DNA of 64,000 bases from an uncultured virus (IMG/VR IMGVR_UViG_3300006752_000020) (taxonomy: Duplodnaviria > Heunggongvirae > Uroviricota > Caudoviricetes), in IMG/VR virus record IMGVR_UViG_3300006752_000020, one strand, 5' to 3'. Both the position numbers and the translations under genes were made by a program. Each line of letters starts with the position of its first letter. Position 1 is the first letter of the stretch. A model generated the notes under the pieces. That model was given only the letters and a program-made list of their open reading frames with translations, made no database searches and had not been told where the DNA came from. Shown one piece after another: positions 9,501-20,200 of this stretch.

Positions 9501-12500
9501 GCTACCTTTGTTGAATACGGTTACGCGCTGAACATAAGGAGATCTGCTTGTGATCGCGATACCAGGAGCATACTTAAACGCATAACCCTGATTGCCAGCA
9601 GTATCGAAATACATGTTAGCAATCGTGACATCCTCAACAACAGATCTGTCGTTCATCAAGAAGCAGTCCTTCTGCTTAGTAGCAACGGTAGGACAAATCT
9701 TGGTAGCACGGAGACCAGCACCCTTAACCGTTAATCCGGCAGGAACAATAAGTGGGAAGACTTCTTCATACTCACCAGCGGCGATATTCAATATATCGTT
9801 TACGCCGATATTGGAGATCTGAGACAGAGCGTATGCAATCGTTCTGTATGGTCTCTCTGGTGTTCTACCGCGAGATGCATCACCATCATCAACACCGTTG
9901 GTTGATACGAACCATGTGTCCAACTTAGCATTGATTGTGGCAATACCAATCTGTGCAGGTTCGCGCCAGGTGATTGTGCCATCTGGATTAGTACTCAGCA
10001 TGTGCTGAGTGTTCAGACCAACAACACCAGTGGAGTCATACAGTGAGGTAATGAAACCAGCTTGCACGAATGCAGAGGTTGCAATACCAACTGAGACAGT
10101 TGCATTCAGAATGTCTGCAACTTCAAAGTCAACCGTAGTGATGGTTGCTGCAGTACCAACAATGTCAGTAACTGCTAATCCAGTAATATTTGTTTGCTTC
10201 GCATCTAGGGTCTCAATATCGACCGTGGTGATCGTAGCGTAGGTGCCAACCAGCGAGGTTACAACACCAGCAGTGATCTTAGCGTTAACGATATCGCCTT
10301 CTGTGGCATCAATCGTCGTGATAGTAGCAGCAGTACCGACAATATCGGTGACTGCCAATCCAGTAATATTTGTCTGTCTTGCATCGAGTACATCGATATC
10401 AGCAGTTGTGATTGTCGCATATGTACCGACTGTAGAATCAACAATCAGGTCATCAACACGAGCAACGCCATCGATATAAATGTCTTTCCACTCTTTAGTG
10501 GCACTGCCAAGATCAAAGGTGTCATCATCGTCAGGAACGATGTCAGAGTCAACTTCACCAGTAAAGACGATGTTGTCTGTAGTAGAGTCACCAAGACCGA
10601 TCGTGCCACCATTGAAGGTTACATTACCAGTAAAGGTTGTAGCTCCACCAACTCTGAGGTCACCAGTAATCTCAACATCGCCAATGGTGGCAGCAGTGCC
10701 AACCAAACTTGTGATGATACCAGCAGTAATCTTAGCATTAACAATATCACCTTCTGTTGCATCAATCGTTGTGATTGTTGCAGCGGTGCCGACAATATCA
10801 GTGACGGCAAGACCAGTGATGTTTACATCCTTGGCATCAAGAGTTTCAATGTCAACTGTCGTGATAGTTGCATAAGTACCAACCTGACTAGTAATAATAC
10901 CAGCAGTGATCTTAGCATCGAGGATGTCAGCAGCATCAAGATGTGCTGTACCATCAATATAAATGTCCTTCCACTCTCTATCAGTAGTACCAATATCCAG
11001 AGTACCATCGGCACTAGGAATAAACTTGAGGTTAGATTCCCAACCCTCTCTTGCCTGATCGTATATGAATTCTTTGTCAGTTGATCCCTTAAGGATGATA
11101 CCGCCGTTATCGGCTGTAGCATCAGCATGTCCACCAGTAGAACTGAATCCAAGTTCAATGTTCTTATCGGTAATCTGAACAACCGTACTCTGAACAAAAC
11201 TTGTAGTTCCGTTAACTGTCAGATCACCAACAACAGTAAGAGCTCCACCAACACGAACATCGTCTTGGAAGTTAGCATCTTGGAAGGTTACATATGTACC
11301 TGTCAGTGAGGTGATGATGCCTGTAGTAATCTTAGCGTCAAGTGCATCAAGATTATCAAAATCACCAACGGTATATGTTAGACCATAACCAACAATAGAT
11401 GTTACAACACCAGCAACAGTTTTGAGGGTGTTGATATCACCTTCATTAGAATCGAAGGTTGTGATCGTGGCATAGGTGCCAACCAGGGAGGTTACGACAC
11501 CAGCGGTAATCTTCGCATTGACAATATCGCCTTCGGTAGCATCAATCGTCGTAATAGTAGCAGCAGTACCGACGATATCAGTAATGATACCTGCAGTGAT
11601 CTTAGCTGCCTCAATGTCTGCATTTACGAAATCTACATTCGTAATAGTTGCTGCAGTACCAACAGTGTCAGTAATAATACCTGACTGAATCTTAGCATTG
11701 GTAATTGCAAAGTCAGTTGCTAAACCAGCAGTGACCTTGATATCCTCAACACCAATATCATTAGCATCAATTTGTGGAACAGATGTTACGCCAGCGATTA
11801 CTGTGTTACCAGTGCCTTTGTCAACAATTACTACACCACCAACATCCAGCAACCCGAAGGGTCGTGTGGTTCCGATGCCGACATAACCAAGTTGGTTACC
11901 GTCGATCCAATTGATTGTAGAATTACCAATCGCAAGCTGATTGTCACTATCTCCGATAGCAACATTTCGCTCATAACCGATAATTACATTACCACTACCA
12001 AGAGTATCGTTACCAGCAGAGTAACCAATAGCAATGTTTCTGCTACCGTCTACACTGAATAATGTATATGGACCAATCGCAATGTTTTGTTTCTGCTGTC
12101 TAGTTCCTGTACCACCACCCAGGAAGCGACCATCCTTGCTGGTTACGCTACCTGTGAGAGTCTGGAAACCAAACGGCATGGTGAATGTATCACCAACTTC
12201 GTAACCATCGCCAGGGGCCACGATTTCGATGTTAGTAATCAGACCAGTAGAACCAGTCTGCAATCTAACTAAAAGTCCAACACCAGATCCACTGGTTTCT
12301 GTTACATCTTCAGTCTGATCATAATCTGCAACAGCAGTTTGATCGCCAATACTTACGCTGAGAGATACCCCATCAACAACAGGGAAAGTCTCACCATACA
12401 TCGACTGGTTACCCAGAGCAATGTTCTCATCGTTGCCGGGAGAAGATAAGGCAAAACCTACCTTATCACCAATCATCAGGTTCTTAGTACCTTGCAGTCT

Positions 12501-13346
12501 ATAACCTGCAAAGTTACCCATGACGATGTTAGATTCTAACTCGTCACTGCTGGAAAGAATACCAGCATATTGCATTGCGCTGGCACCAATCGCAATATTG
12601 CGACGGTTAAGGACTGTTTGTCCAATACCAGCACCGGCAAAGTCACCAATAAAGATGGAAGAGTCAGCACTGCTAAGACCTACAGCAGCATCACGACCAA
12701 CTCTAATAACATCATTAGAGAATGTAATATTACTGAAGGATGATACCCCAGTAATTTCTACATTATTTGCAGTAAGTGCATGCCCTACATTTACTTCGTA
12801 GTAGTCAGCATTTGTACCACTAAGAGTAGTTACAACACCCGCAATTGCACGGAAATCAGTTACACCTAGGGTAGAGAATCCAGCAGCACCAACATCTAAT
12901 GTGGCAGCAGTTGCAACACCAGATATATTCCAGTTTCTAGCATTAGCCTCGTCATAAACGAGGTCTCCTGTTACATTAAGGTTTCCGCCAACATTAAAGT
13001 CGCCAGCGACTGTACCAATACCAGATGTAAAGAAGTCATCGACAACTGTCCAAGAATCAACTCTTCCTTGAGAATCAAGGATAAGAACTTTAGATGCTTG
13101 AGGTTTGCCGTAATCAGCAGGGTTGTCATTAAAAAGACTGGTGTAGTATTCACCACCAATAGGAATTGGTGCTGAACCAGGACCAGCAGGGTTACCAATA
13201 TATAATTTTTTGTAAGACTTACCAGCACCAACATCGCTGGTATCGTATGCATATACAAGTTCGCCAAACGATACGCCAGTACCAACTGGAGATATATTCG
13301 GCGGGGAGGTTCCAAGTGTCCTTTTTAAGAGAATCGTTGCGGACAT
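6564..13346 (-). CDS. large virion fibre protein (2260 aa) with decad repeats, a beta-helix-like region and a LamG/ConA-like domain
   Basis: Repeats DIVGTAATITTIDATEGDIVNAKITAG; WFVSTNG...PYRTIAYAL; DFTIEFW...WKHYAL...LFVDG...IDDFRI; C-terminal IDGGTF; sits at the T4 wac/fibre position upstream of gp13. Confidence 0.85.
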   Translation of the reverse strand: MSATILLKRTLGTSPPNISPVGTGVSFGELVYAYDTSDVGAGKSYKKLYIGNPAGPGSAPIPIGGEYYTSLFNDNPADYGKPQASKVLILDSQGRVDSWTVVDDFFTSGIGTVAGDFNVGGNLNVTGDLVYDEANARNWNISGVATAATLDVGAAGFSTLGVTDFRAIAGVVTTLSGTNADYYEVNVGHALTANNVEITGVSSFSNITFSNDVIRVGRDAAVGLSSADSSIFIGDFAGAGIGQTVLNRRNIAIGASAMQYAGILSSSDELESNIVMGNFAGYRLQGTKNLMIGDKVGFALSSPGNDENIALGNQSMYGETFPVVDGVSLSVSIGDQTAVADYDQTEDVTETSGSGVGLLVRLQTGSTGLITNIEIVAPGDGYEVGDTFTMPFGFQTLTGSVTSKDGRFLGGGTGTRQQKQNIAIGPYTLFSVDGSRNIAIGYSAGNDTLGSGNVIIGYERNVAIGDSDNQLAIGNSTINWIDGNQLGYVGIGTTRPFGLLDVGGVVIVDKGTGNTVIAGVTSVPQIDANDIGVEDIKVTAGLATDFAITNAKIQSGIITDTVGTAATITNVDFVNADIEAAKITAGIITDIVGTAATITTIDATEGDIVNAKITAGVVTSLVGTYATITTFDSNEGDINTLKTVAGVVTSIVGYGLTYTVGDFDNLDALDAKITTGIITSLTGTYVTFQDANFQDDVRVGGALTVVGDLTVNGTTSFVQSTVVQITDKNIELGFSSTGGHADATADNGGIILKGSTDKEFIYDQAREGWESNLKFIPSADGTLDIGTTDREWKDIYIDGTAHLDAADILDAKITAGIITSQVGTYATITTVDIETLDAKDVNITGLAVTDIVGTAATITTIDATEGDIVNAKITAGIITSLVGTAATIGDVEITGDLRVGGATTFTGNVTFNGGTIGLGDSTTDNIVFTGEVDSDIVPDDDDTFDLGSATKEWKDIYIDGVARVDDLIVDSTVGTYATITTADIDVLDARQTNITGLAVTDIVGTAATITTIDATEGDIVNAKITAGVVTSLVGTYATITTVDIETLDAKQTNITGLAVTDIVGTAATITTVDFEVADILNATVSVGIATSAFVQAGFITSLYDSTGVVGLNTQHMLSTNPDGTITWREPAQIGIATINAKLDTWFVSTNGVDDGDASRGRTPERPYRTIAYALSQISNIGVNDILNIAAGEYEEVFPLIVPAGLTVKGAGLRATKICPTVATKQKDCFLMNDRSVVEDVTIANMYFDTAGNQGYAFKYAPGIAITSRSPYVQRVTVFNKGSNTSASDPYGYGSADSAPSSYIAGGGAYIDGSEVASGSLEAAFLFNEVTFIVPNSKGLIMTNGARTEYLNCFSYFAAEAIKGTSGSLGISSAGETRLRLTGITTVGVGNTITVFDTDGTTGVATAVVASYDGTYIGVTGKQTGFELLNARTAKAVTFNDDAQLDTTVKKFGSASLALDGTNDSISVPSSGDIGFGTNIDFTIEFWAYANTTGLTSATLFDLRDNGTDAEGISIAYRAAGEVDMRVGTTTAITGSGAGIATGVWKHYALARDGTDTRLFVDGTQRGIKTSDTTDYGASKGIVIGADFDGASQNVTGWIDDFRIERGVAKYTANFTAPTAAHTGDKDTVLLLDFDGASGVTTTTDNVIRNQDIRITQSGGGIGTATKVILADYSEFGADMRSVGCAVEYGQKGVIADGDGVSLRMFALNFNHVGSGGDFTNDPNLAIQANEVTELNNGDVSFVSIDQRGDFRVGDAFFVDQENGTVSFSQQVTSLQALSSLQITDGTNSSTVTPTSGTFGNIQISGNNIESTSGDINIDPAGAGDINITGDVNVLGILTATTIQLDSFQKNDTSIALDDSGANGTIRFNTDNVEGMRLDANQKLGIGTAAPRQRLDVLDTAKFERLDVTGVSTFAERVDFNLSIDAVDAKITAGVVTSLVGTYATITTVDIETLDAKDVNITGLAVTDTVGTAATITTIDTESLDAFDAKLTGIAVTNAVFTGIASFKDDVKLHFGDDDDLSIYHDGNNSYIDDSGTGTLAIRSNQIELQKYTGETLANFTADGRVTLHYNNGIKLETLAIGASVRGVTQTGTIDVATDANIHSTLTVDQGTILTGIVTSSAGVEAININVSGILTTNNFRVTGVSTVADITIGAGSSSTKINTNSGELVLDSAAGQVTVQDNLSIIGYGTFRDGLYYRSDQGGLTGIGYSGPNGVAFFEADGRLVSGLSTVGFLTTSNYMLTTDENNIPIWSNSIDGGTF

Positions 13347-13558
13347 TAGAAGACACCTCCGTCAATGATGGCAGCAGGGAAATTTTTTGTTGTTTTGAAG
13401 GCGTTCGACGCCGCTTCATATACCAGGATTGAACCATCCTGTAAGTCTGATGCATCAACATCAGCAAGCAATGACAATCTACCGCCAGAGCCACCCCCAA
13501 GGGCACCACTGGCAATAACTTTTACTTGATTTGATGTGCCTATTCGTAATGATGGCAT
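13346..13558 (-). CDS. small virion structural protein
   Basis: LADVDASDLQDGSILVY; ends IDGGVF like the downstream fibre; coupled to it. Confidence 0.7.
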   Translation of the reverse strand: MPSLRIGTSNQVKVIASGALGGGSGGRLSLLADVDASDLQDGSILVYEAASNAFKTTKNFPAAIIDGGVF

Positions 13559-13896
13559 TACCTTGTTACTCCTGCTCTGACTAGGACCATTCCTTCAACA
13601 ACCTTATACTTGAATCCGCCAGAATCTTCAAGATTTACATCGTAAAAGTATCGCCCTGGCTTAATATCAGCTGTAAGCGTAGATGCCAGAGATATCTGGA
13701 TCTGACCCTGTTCGGGATCGGTAACTGTGGACGCGAATGATACGGCAGTAGTACTTCCCGCCCACTTTCTCATTTGAGATGTGGCGGTATAGTTTGTTAG
13801 ATTCAAAAATGTGCCTGTGTCGTTATCTCCTAGACTAAAACCATGTTGAAAATCAACACCTGTATCGACTGAGAGATTAGCAATGTAAACTGCCAT
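13558..13896 (-). CDS. small virion structural protein (BppU-like Ig fold)
   Basis: NLTNYTATSQMRK...GQIQISL...IKPGRYFYDV...VVEGMVLV. Confidence 0.75.
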   Translation of the reverse strand: MAVYIANLSVDTGVDFQHGFSLGDNDTGTFLNLTNYTATSQMRKWAGSTTAVSFASTVTDPEQGQIQISLASTLTADIKPGRYFYDVNLEDSGGFKYKVVEGMVLVRAGVTR

Positions 13897-13919
13897 TCTT
13901 TACATCACGGATTATCCTA

Positions 13920-14081
13920 TTAGGTATTTAGTTTCCTTAATTCCTGTAATACCTGTTGGAGGGTTAATTTAATTTCTAAAACATCTGTTTTCAGCATTTC
14001 CATGTCAGTAGGAGGAATACTTTGAGTATCTTCGGAAGCAAATCCATGATACTTTAAAAACTCAGAGTGTGGATTTCTCAT
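13920..14081 (-). CDS. small coiled-coil protein (53 aa), not in ORF track
   Basis: Own translation MRNPHSEFLKYHGFASEDTQSIPPTDMEMLKTDVLEIKLTLQQVLQELRKLNT; ATGA overlap with the upstream gene. Confidence 0.65.
   Translation of the reverse strand: MRNPHSEFLKYHGFASEDTQSIPPTDMEMLKTDVLEIKLTLQQVLQELRKLNT
13925..13931 (-). promoter_or_regulatory. late promoter-like motif CTAAATA
   Basis: tatttag on + strand, 29 nt upstream of the ATG at 13896. Confidence 0.6.
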
Positions 14082-14281
14082 AATTTATTCGCAATTTTAA
14101 CTAACATAGATTTAATATCATCAATATCCTTTTTCATATCATCAAGTTCCTGCCTTTCATTTTTCTTGGCACTTTTCTCTCTTTGATAAGCATAATAAGC
14201 AGAGTCATCGCCGTTAACGATGGCTCCGGTATCAGAATCTCTCCAGAGATTAGAATGCCCTTCAACGGGAATTAAACTCAT
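14078..14281 (-). CDS. small conserved cyanophage protein
   Basis: PVEGHSNLWRDSDTGAIVN plus coiled-coil tail; ATGA overlap. Confidence 0.75.
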   Translation of the reverse strand: MSLIPVEGHSNLWRDSDTGAIVNGDDSAYYAYQREKSAKKNERQELDDMKKDIDDIKSMLVKIANKL

Positions 14282-17200
14282 GCTACAGCAATTACTCTCA
14301 AATTCTTAATTACGGGATGTTTTGCTTGATTAGTTCCTGTGAATACAATTTTAATTTGTAATCCGTTGAAACTTGGCAGGTCATCTACAGAGTATGTATA
14401 TTCCCTATATTGGGTCTCGTCAGCACCAACAAAGGAATCTGACATACCATCATTTTGGGTTGGATCAATTACTTGATCACCAATACCATCTCCATCAGTA
14501 TCAAGAAGATTTCTAAATCCGGGGAACAATTCAAAATCAGGTGTTACCTCACTAGAGTCTGTTTTCATAATGCTATACAGAGCTCTAAATTCACACTCAA
14601 TCGGTCTACGAGCTTCAAAAATAAGTTTGATTGAAGTTGCAGGATTCTTAGTATAGATCGGTTGCGACATATAATAAGAAGCATGGGGATCATTGAATCT
14701 GGACTTAACTCTAGGATCAGTACGATAATCCAGAACAGGATTATTGAGTCTGTTCTCATAGAATAGTGCGTTAGCACCTTCAAGATTCACGGTAGGTGAA
14801 TTAAATTTGTCTCCACTATTTGCAAGTTCGACTGTGAATGTAAATGACTTGTTTCTTGGTAATGATCCAAGTCTAGCTGACTCGTTAGTTCTAGCAGCAA
14901 GAAGTCTTGTTGTCTCAAGAATGTTATTTCTATTGAGGTTTAAATCTTCAAATCCCTGATCAAGGAAAGATGTCTCTGAACCGTCAGGAGAAGTACCTGT
15001 AACACTTCTCATTTGTAGAGAAATGAAGTCTGTGGGTCCAAAGGTGGAAGCATCTAATAGTGGTCTTACAGCGTCAAATTGGATGTTTTTAGAAGCATGT
15101 ACTTGTTGACCACCACCAGCGGCTTCTTCTTGGAAAGATACCTGAGGAATGTTATTAGAGTTGTCATCAACAGATCTACTAGATCCTCTGTCAACTTTTA
15201 AATAATATTCGTCAATACCTCTAAGAATGGTTTGCACATCATGCTCAGTATTAATTTTTCTTAAAGAAACCCCATTGTATTCATACTTGTTCACGATATC
15301 ATCTTTGAGATGATTCAATGCGTTCGAGTCATCTACACCCCTTACAACACCACCAAGACTTGAAACTCCAACAGTAGTGTAAGAAATAATTTCACTGTTA
15401 ATAAACGCATATCCAGTGTTTGCGGCACTAACTACAGCACCTTCAAATGTACTAAATTGTGTAGTTGATGCAACAGAGATAGAAGTTTCATTTGATGCTA
15501 AATTTACGGACAATTCCGTAGGAATAACATCAGATTGGACATCTGAAAGAATTACCTTGTTCAAAGGACTATGCATACCATGATTACGATGAGATACTTT
15601 AAAGTATTCTCCAGTGTACACACTTCCGGTTGCATTAAAACTAGTAATATCTAAACCAGTTGCGATTATAGAACCTGAAGTATGGGAATAAGTAGCCTCA
15701 TTTCCAGCTGAGGTATCAAAAGTTTCTGCTTGAACATCTGTGAGATACAGAGTATCGATACCATTAATAGAGTTAATCCCAATACGAACACCAGAACCAG
15801 ATCCACCAACATCTGCAGTTGTTAGTCCGATTACATCACCAACTTTGTACCCTCTACCAGAAGCAGCAACAGTAACTGCAGTAACAGCTGAGATGCCAGC
15901 ACCAATAGTGGTGTTTAAGGTAAGACCTTCTCCGTTACCATTAATATTGTATGTCGTTATTGGATTGGTGGGAGTGCCATAATTGGAACCACCTGTAAGA
16001 ATACCGACTACTCCCGTTACAGGACCACCCTTATCTTCAATATATCCATAGCGATATGTAGAGGTTTGTTCACTAATCTTACGACCAGCAGTAAATACTG
16101 TGCCGATTAGTCCAGCATTTGTTGTTGTTACGATACCAAGTTTTCCTTTCTTAGGAATACCAATGATGGGATCAAAAGATAATGGGGGAAGAAAACCGTT
16201 ATTTGGTTCAACTGGTGGGTTGAAGAATGTTAATAGACCCTGCTCCGATGTATAATTCGCTCTGTATAGAGTGAATGTAAGGTCTTCAAACTGTGTGGGT
16301 GTCCAAGTTGCACCGTTTTGTGACTTGAACAATGAACCCATAGCAAATTGCTGAGAGTAAATTTTACCCTTAGCAGAAGGTAGTGACTGTGCATTCAGGG
16401 CTTTCTGACCCATTTCACCACAATATACCTCATACTCATCACTATCTGACAAGATAACAATGGCATAAGACTCGTCTGGATCTAAGTAGAATGGAGTGTC
16501 AAATCTAACATTAGTTGCAACAGAACCATCTGCAGATGTTGTAATATCTGAAGGGCGAATAGTTGCCTGAGCAGCTCTATCAATAACAAACAGAGTTGGA
16601 GTACCCAATTCAACTGTTCTAATTTCAATCCTTACGGGTGTTGTTCCTGCATTCTTAGTTGCAAAGAACAGATCAAGCGAGGTAATCCAAGCTCCTTCTG
16701 GTCCAGTCACAATCGTTTGTGCCAGCGGGTCTCTTCTTCTTACGCGGACAACACGAGTTCTATTAATAACTCTAGTACGGTTTCTAATGACCGTTCTAGT
16801 TCTATCAATAACTCTTGTATTATTGATGATTACTGGCGGTGGTGGTGGAGGAGGATTTGGAATTGTTCCTCTAATATCAATCGTAGAAAGATTGGTAATT
16901 GTGGTTGTTTCAAGTGTAGTAATTCTAATATCTGTTTGAACAACTCTTGTTGTACCAGTTGCGGTATAACGAGTGGTAGCATGAGAAATTAAAGTAGATC
17001 CTGGTGCTGGGTTTGCATTAGATTGACTAGATGTCAATCTAAAGTCTCTATTACCAGATCTAATTCTAACTTGAGGTGTGGGTGTCTGATTAGGATCTCT
17101 TAAGAAGATGGAACCAAATAGATCACCAAAGTCATCAGATACTAATCTTACCCCTGCTACACTCGCTTGTGCGCCACTTGTAAGACCTCTAATGACCATT

Positions 17201-20200
17201 CCAGTAGGAGCGAATCCGAAGAACGCTCCCTGCGCTTGAGCAGCAAGTGAAGTAACATCAATGTTTAAGACCGTAGATGCCTGAGAGTAACCGTTTGGAA
17301 GAGTAGATGAAGGATCGTAGGGATTTACAGTGTATGTTGTTGTGGGAGCATTGAACGGTCCAATCTTATGATTTGGAGCAGCCAATCTAAACTCAAAGGC
17401 TGTTGCACCAATAGTTCCTCTAATAGTTTCACCTATTTGGAAAGAACCAGAAACATTAGAGACTTCTAGCAACTTGGGAATAATATCAACCCCACCCTGG
17501 TTATCAAAGAAAGGATAGAAATTAGTAAATGGTTTTAATCCAATTGCATTAAATTCAATATTTCTAGAACGGCAGAATGGATCAAAAGTTTCCTCTGCAA
17601 TAAAAGTATTCTCAGATCTAATGTCATCTCTCTGTACAGTTCTACCAGTTTCTCTAGTAGTTACAGAAGCTGAACCTCCAAGAGCACCACCTCTAGTCAA
17701 ACTAAAGTTTGCAGCAACTTGGTTATTGAATACAGTAATACCAATAGTATTACGGATAGTATTTTGAGTCTCTCTAGTATTGATCCAATTATCAATAGAA
17801 GGGTTGAGTTTTAATTCGCCAGTGTATGCAACAACATGGAATGGATTAATGTTGTTTACTCTTGTAGCAAACTCTTGCTTAATATATTCAACTTCTTCAT
17901 ATTTTAGGGACAATAGATTACCAGTCTTCTGAGTATTTCCATCATCAAGTAATAAGAAGTTAGTACTATAATCGATCTGAGATACTGGTAAGTCGGACTT
18001 AGCAGCAACCTGAAGTGCAGAAGACTCAAATTCTCGTAATGGTCTTAGTTCACCAAGGTCCCTATCAATCTCAGCTGGTGAACTGGGATGCATAAAATCA
18101 AAGGTCTTGAAGTTGTCAACAAAGAAACCAGATTTAAATCTTGTAAGACCTTGAGCATCTCTAATTTGTAGAGACTCTGCGCTCTTTTCTAAGAGGTTGA
18201 GGCTAGTAACTACTTCTAAGTTTTCGACTCTATCAGCAAGATCGCCAATATCTCTCATCGTATAACGACGATTATCCTTCAGATAAACTCTTGCTTCTTC
18301 AACATCCTTAAGATACGCAGGAAGAAGAATTGTACCAATCTCCATTCCTGGTCCAGACACTACTGGGGGAATTGGTTGTCTAGCTGCCTTACCCTTTAAT
18401 AAGTCAAAATTACCATCAGGGAGGAGAACTAACTTGTCAATTCTAGGTAGATAGAAATCATAATCGAAAGTCATTGACTCATTAGGAGTCAAGATTCTAT
18501 CTGGTTTTCCTACGAAATCTCTAGAGGTATAGAAGAAAGGCGATTCCGAAGCAGAAGCTGGATTATATGTAGGAACTCTAGGTCTAAAGTCTAAAACATC
18601 TTGTGCCTCAATACGCCTCGGTCCAATCTGTGGAATATCATTTTTATATCTTTCTTCATCGTAACTATTAACCGTGAAGACATCTCCAGTATCTCCACTA
18701 GGTACATCATATCTGTTATGAATAATCAAAAGTTGTCTATGAGGAACATATGCACCTCTATTTCTTACTACTCTTGAATAATCATAGTATTGGTCTCTTT
18801 GACCTTTATCTAGTAGATAACTGGAAGTAATATCTCTATACTTACCAGGAACAAATGCCTGTAAGACCGCAGTAGTGTTCGACTCTTCAAAAACTAGTGG
18901 TTCTAAAACAGAAAACTTATCGCCAGTAAGATAAACGATTGAAATTTCATTACTAGCTGCATCAATAGAAACTACTTTTGCAATTGCTTTGCTAGTAGTA
19001 CCAGAAATGTTTTCTCCAATAATGGCACTAGTGAATACATCATCTGTAGATACAAATACTAACTTATCAAGTATAGGAGCAGAAGTATCTAATGACTCGT
19101 AGATAGCGACAATATCTGTAGAATCTGGTTCATGCAAAGAAATGTCTCTGTCCTGAACTCTCAGTCCATACAATTCACTATGATTTAATCCATCATTTAC
19201 ACTCGTGGCAGGATCGCTACCAGAGCTCCTATTTGACGATCTAGTGACTGAAACTTGCTGACATCTCTTAAATTCTTTTACTTTATTTTTAATATTAGCC
19301 TTAGTAACTGTGACATTAACTGTCATTCCAGTTTGTGAAGCATCGAGTCCAGTAATTGTAAGTTGTGTTGGACTTACTGTTACTTGATCCTCTTGAATTA
19401 CAGCAATAGTTCCGTTAGAATATTGTGCTTGATATCTCTCTTCATCAAAAGCTGCAAATGATGCATCATCAAGATCTACAGAAGAAATAGGAAGAACTAA
19501 TTGACCAAGTGCATTTGTAGACTCATTTTGAACTTGAGCAGAAAGAAAAAGAGATGATCCCGTAAAATCAACATTAGAAACATTGAGATCGGGAATAACC
19601 GTAATCAAAGATGCATTTTCCGTGCTATTATCTTGCTGACCAATTTTAATTTGACCAGTAAAAGTGGCCACCGAACCATCATATAGATTTGAAACCGTGG
19701 TCATAGCACCAACGGTCATCGACTGCAAATCAGCAGCAATGGTAACGACAACATTTTCAACTTGAGTTTCTACACTACCAATTTTTCTAGTGTATCTAAT
19801 AATATCACCAGGCTTGAATCTTTGAAAACTATCGATCCTAGGTGCAGTTACTGTTGCAGTAGCACCTGCTTTAACCATACTAATCTCACCTGTTCCTAAT
19901 CTAGGTGGAATTCTGTCAGTTAGTTTCTTATTAGCGACAAAACTGTTACCACTTTGAGCAAACGAGAAAACATCATTTATACCGTAAGCAGTAACTTCTT
20001 CAATGGTTCTTGGAAGTTCATCAGTACCATTAACTAAGATAGTTTCTCCTCTTCGGAACGAACCCGAGGTTTGAGTAACTTGAATTGTACTACTACCAGC
20101 ACCTGCAGATACTGCAAATGCATTAGCACCACTTTCTTTACCGACAATAAACGCCGACTTAATAAGTTCAGTTGAGCTTACATTGTCACTTAGTTTTAGT

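Noticed and set aside
7350..11760. Fibre repeats as diversity-generating retroelement TR/VR pairs
   Set aside because: Differences are synonymous third-position changes rather than adenine-specific, all copies are in-frame coding, and there is no reverse transcriptase in the window
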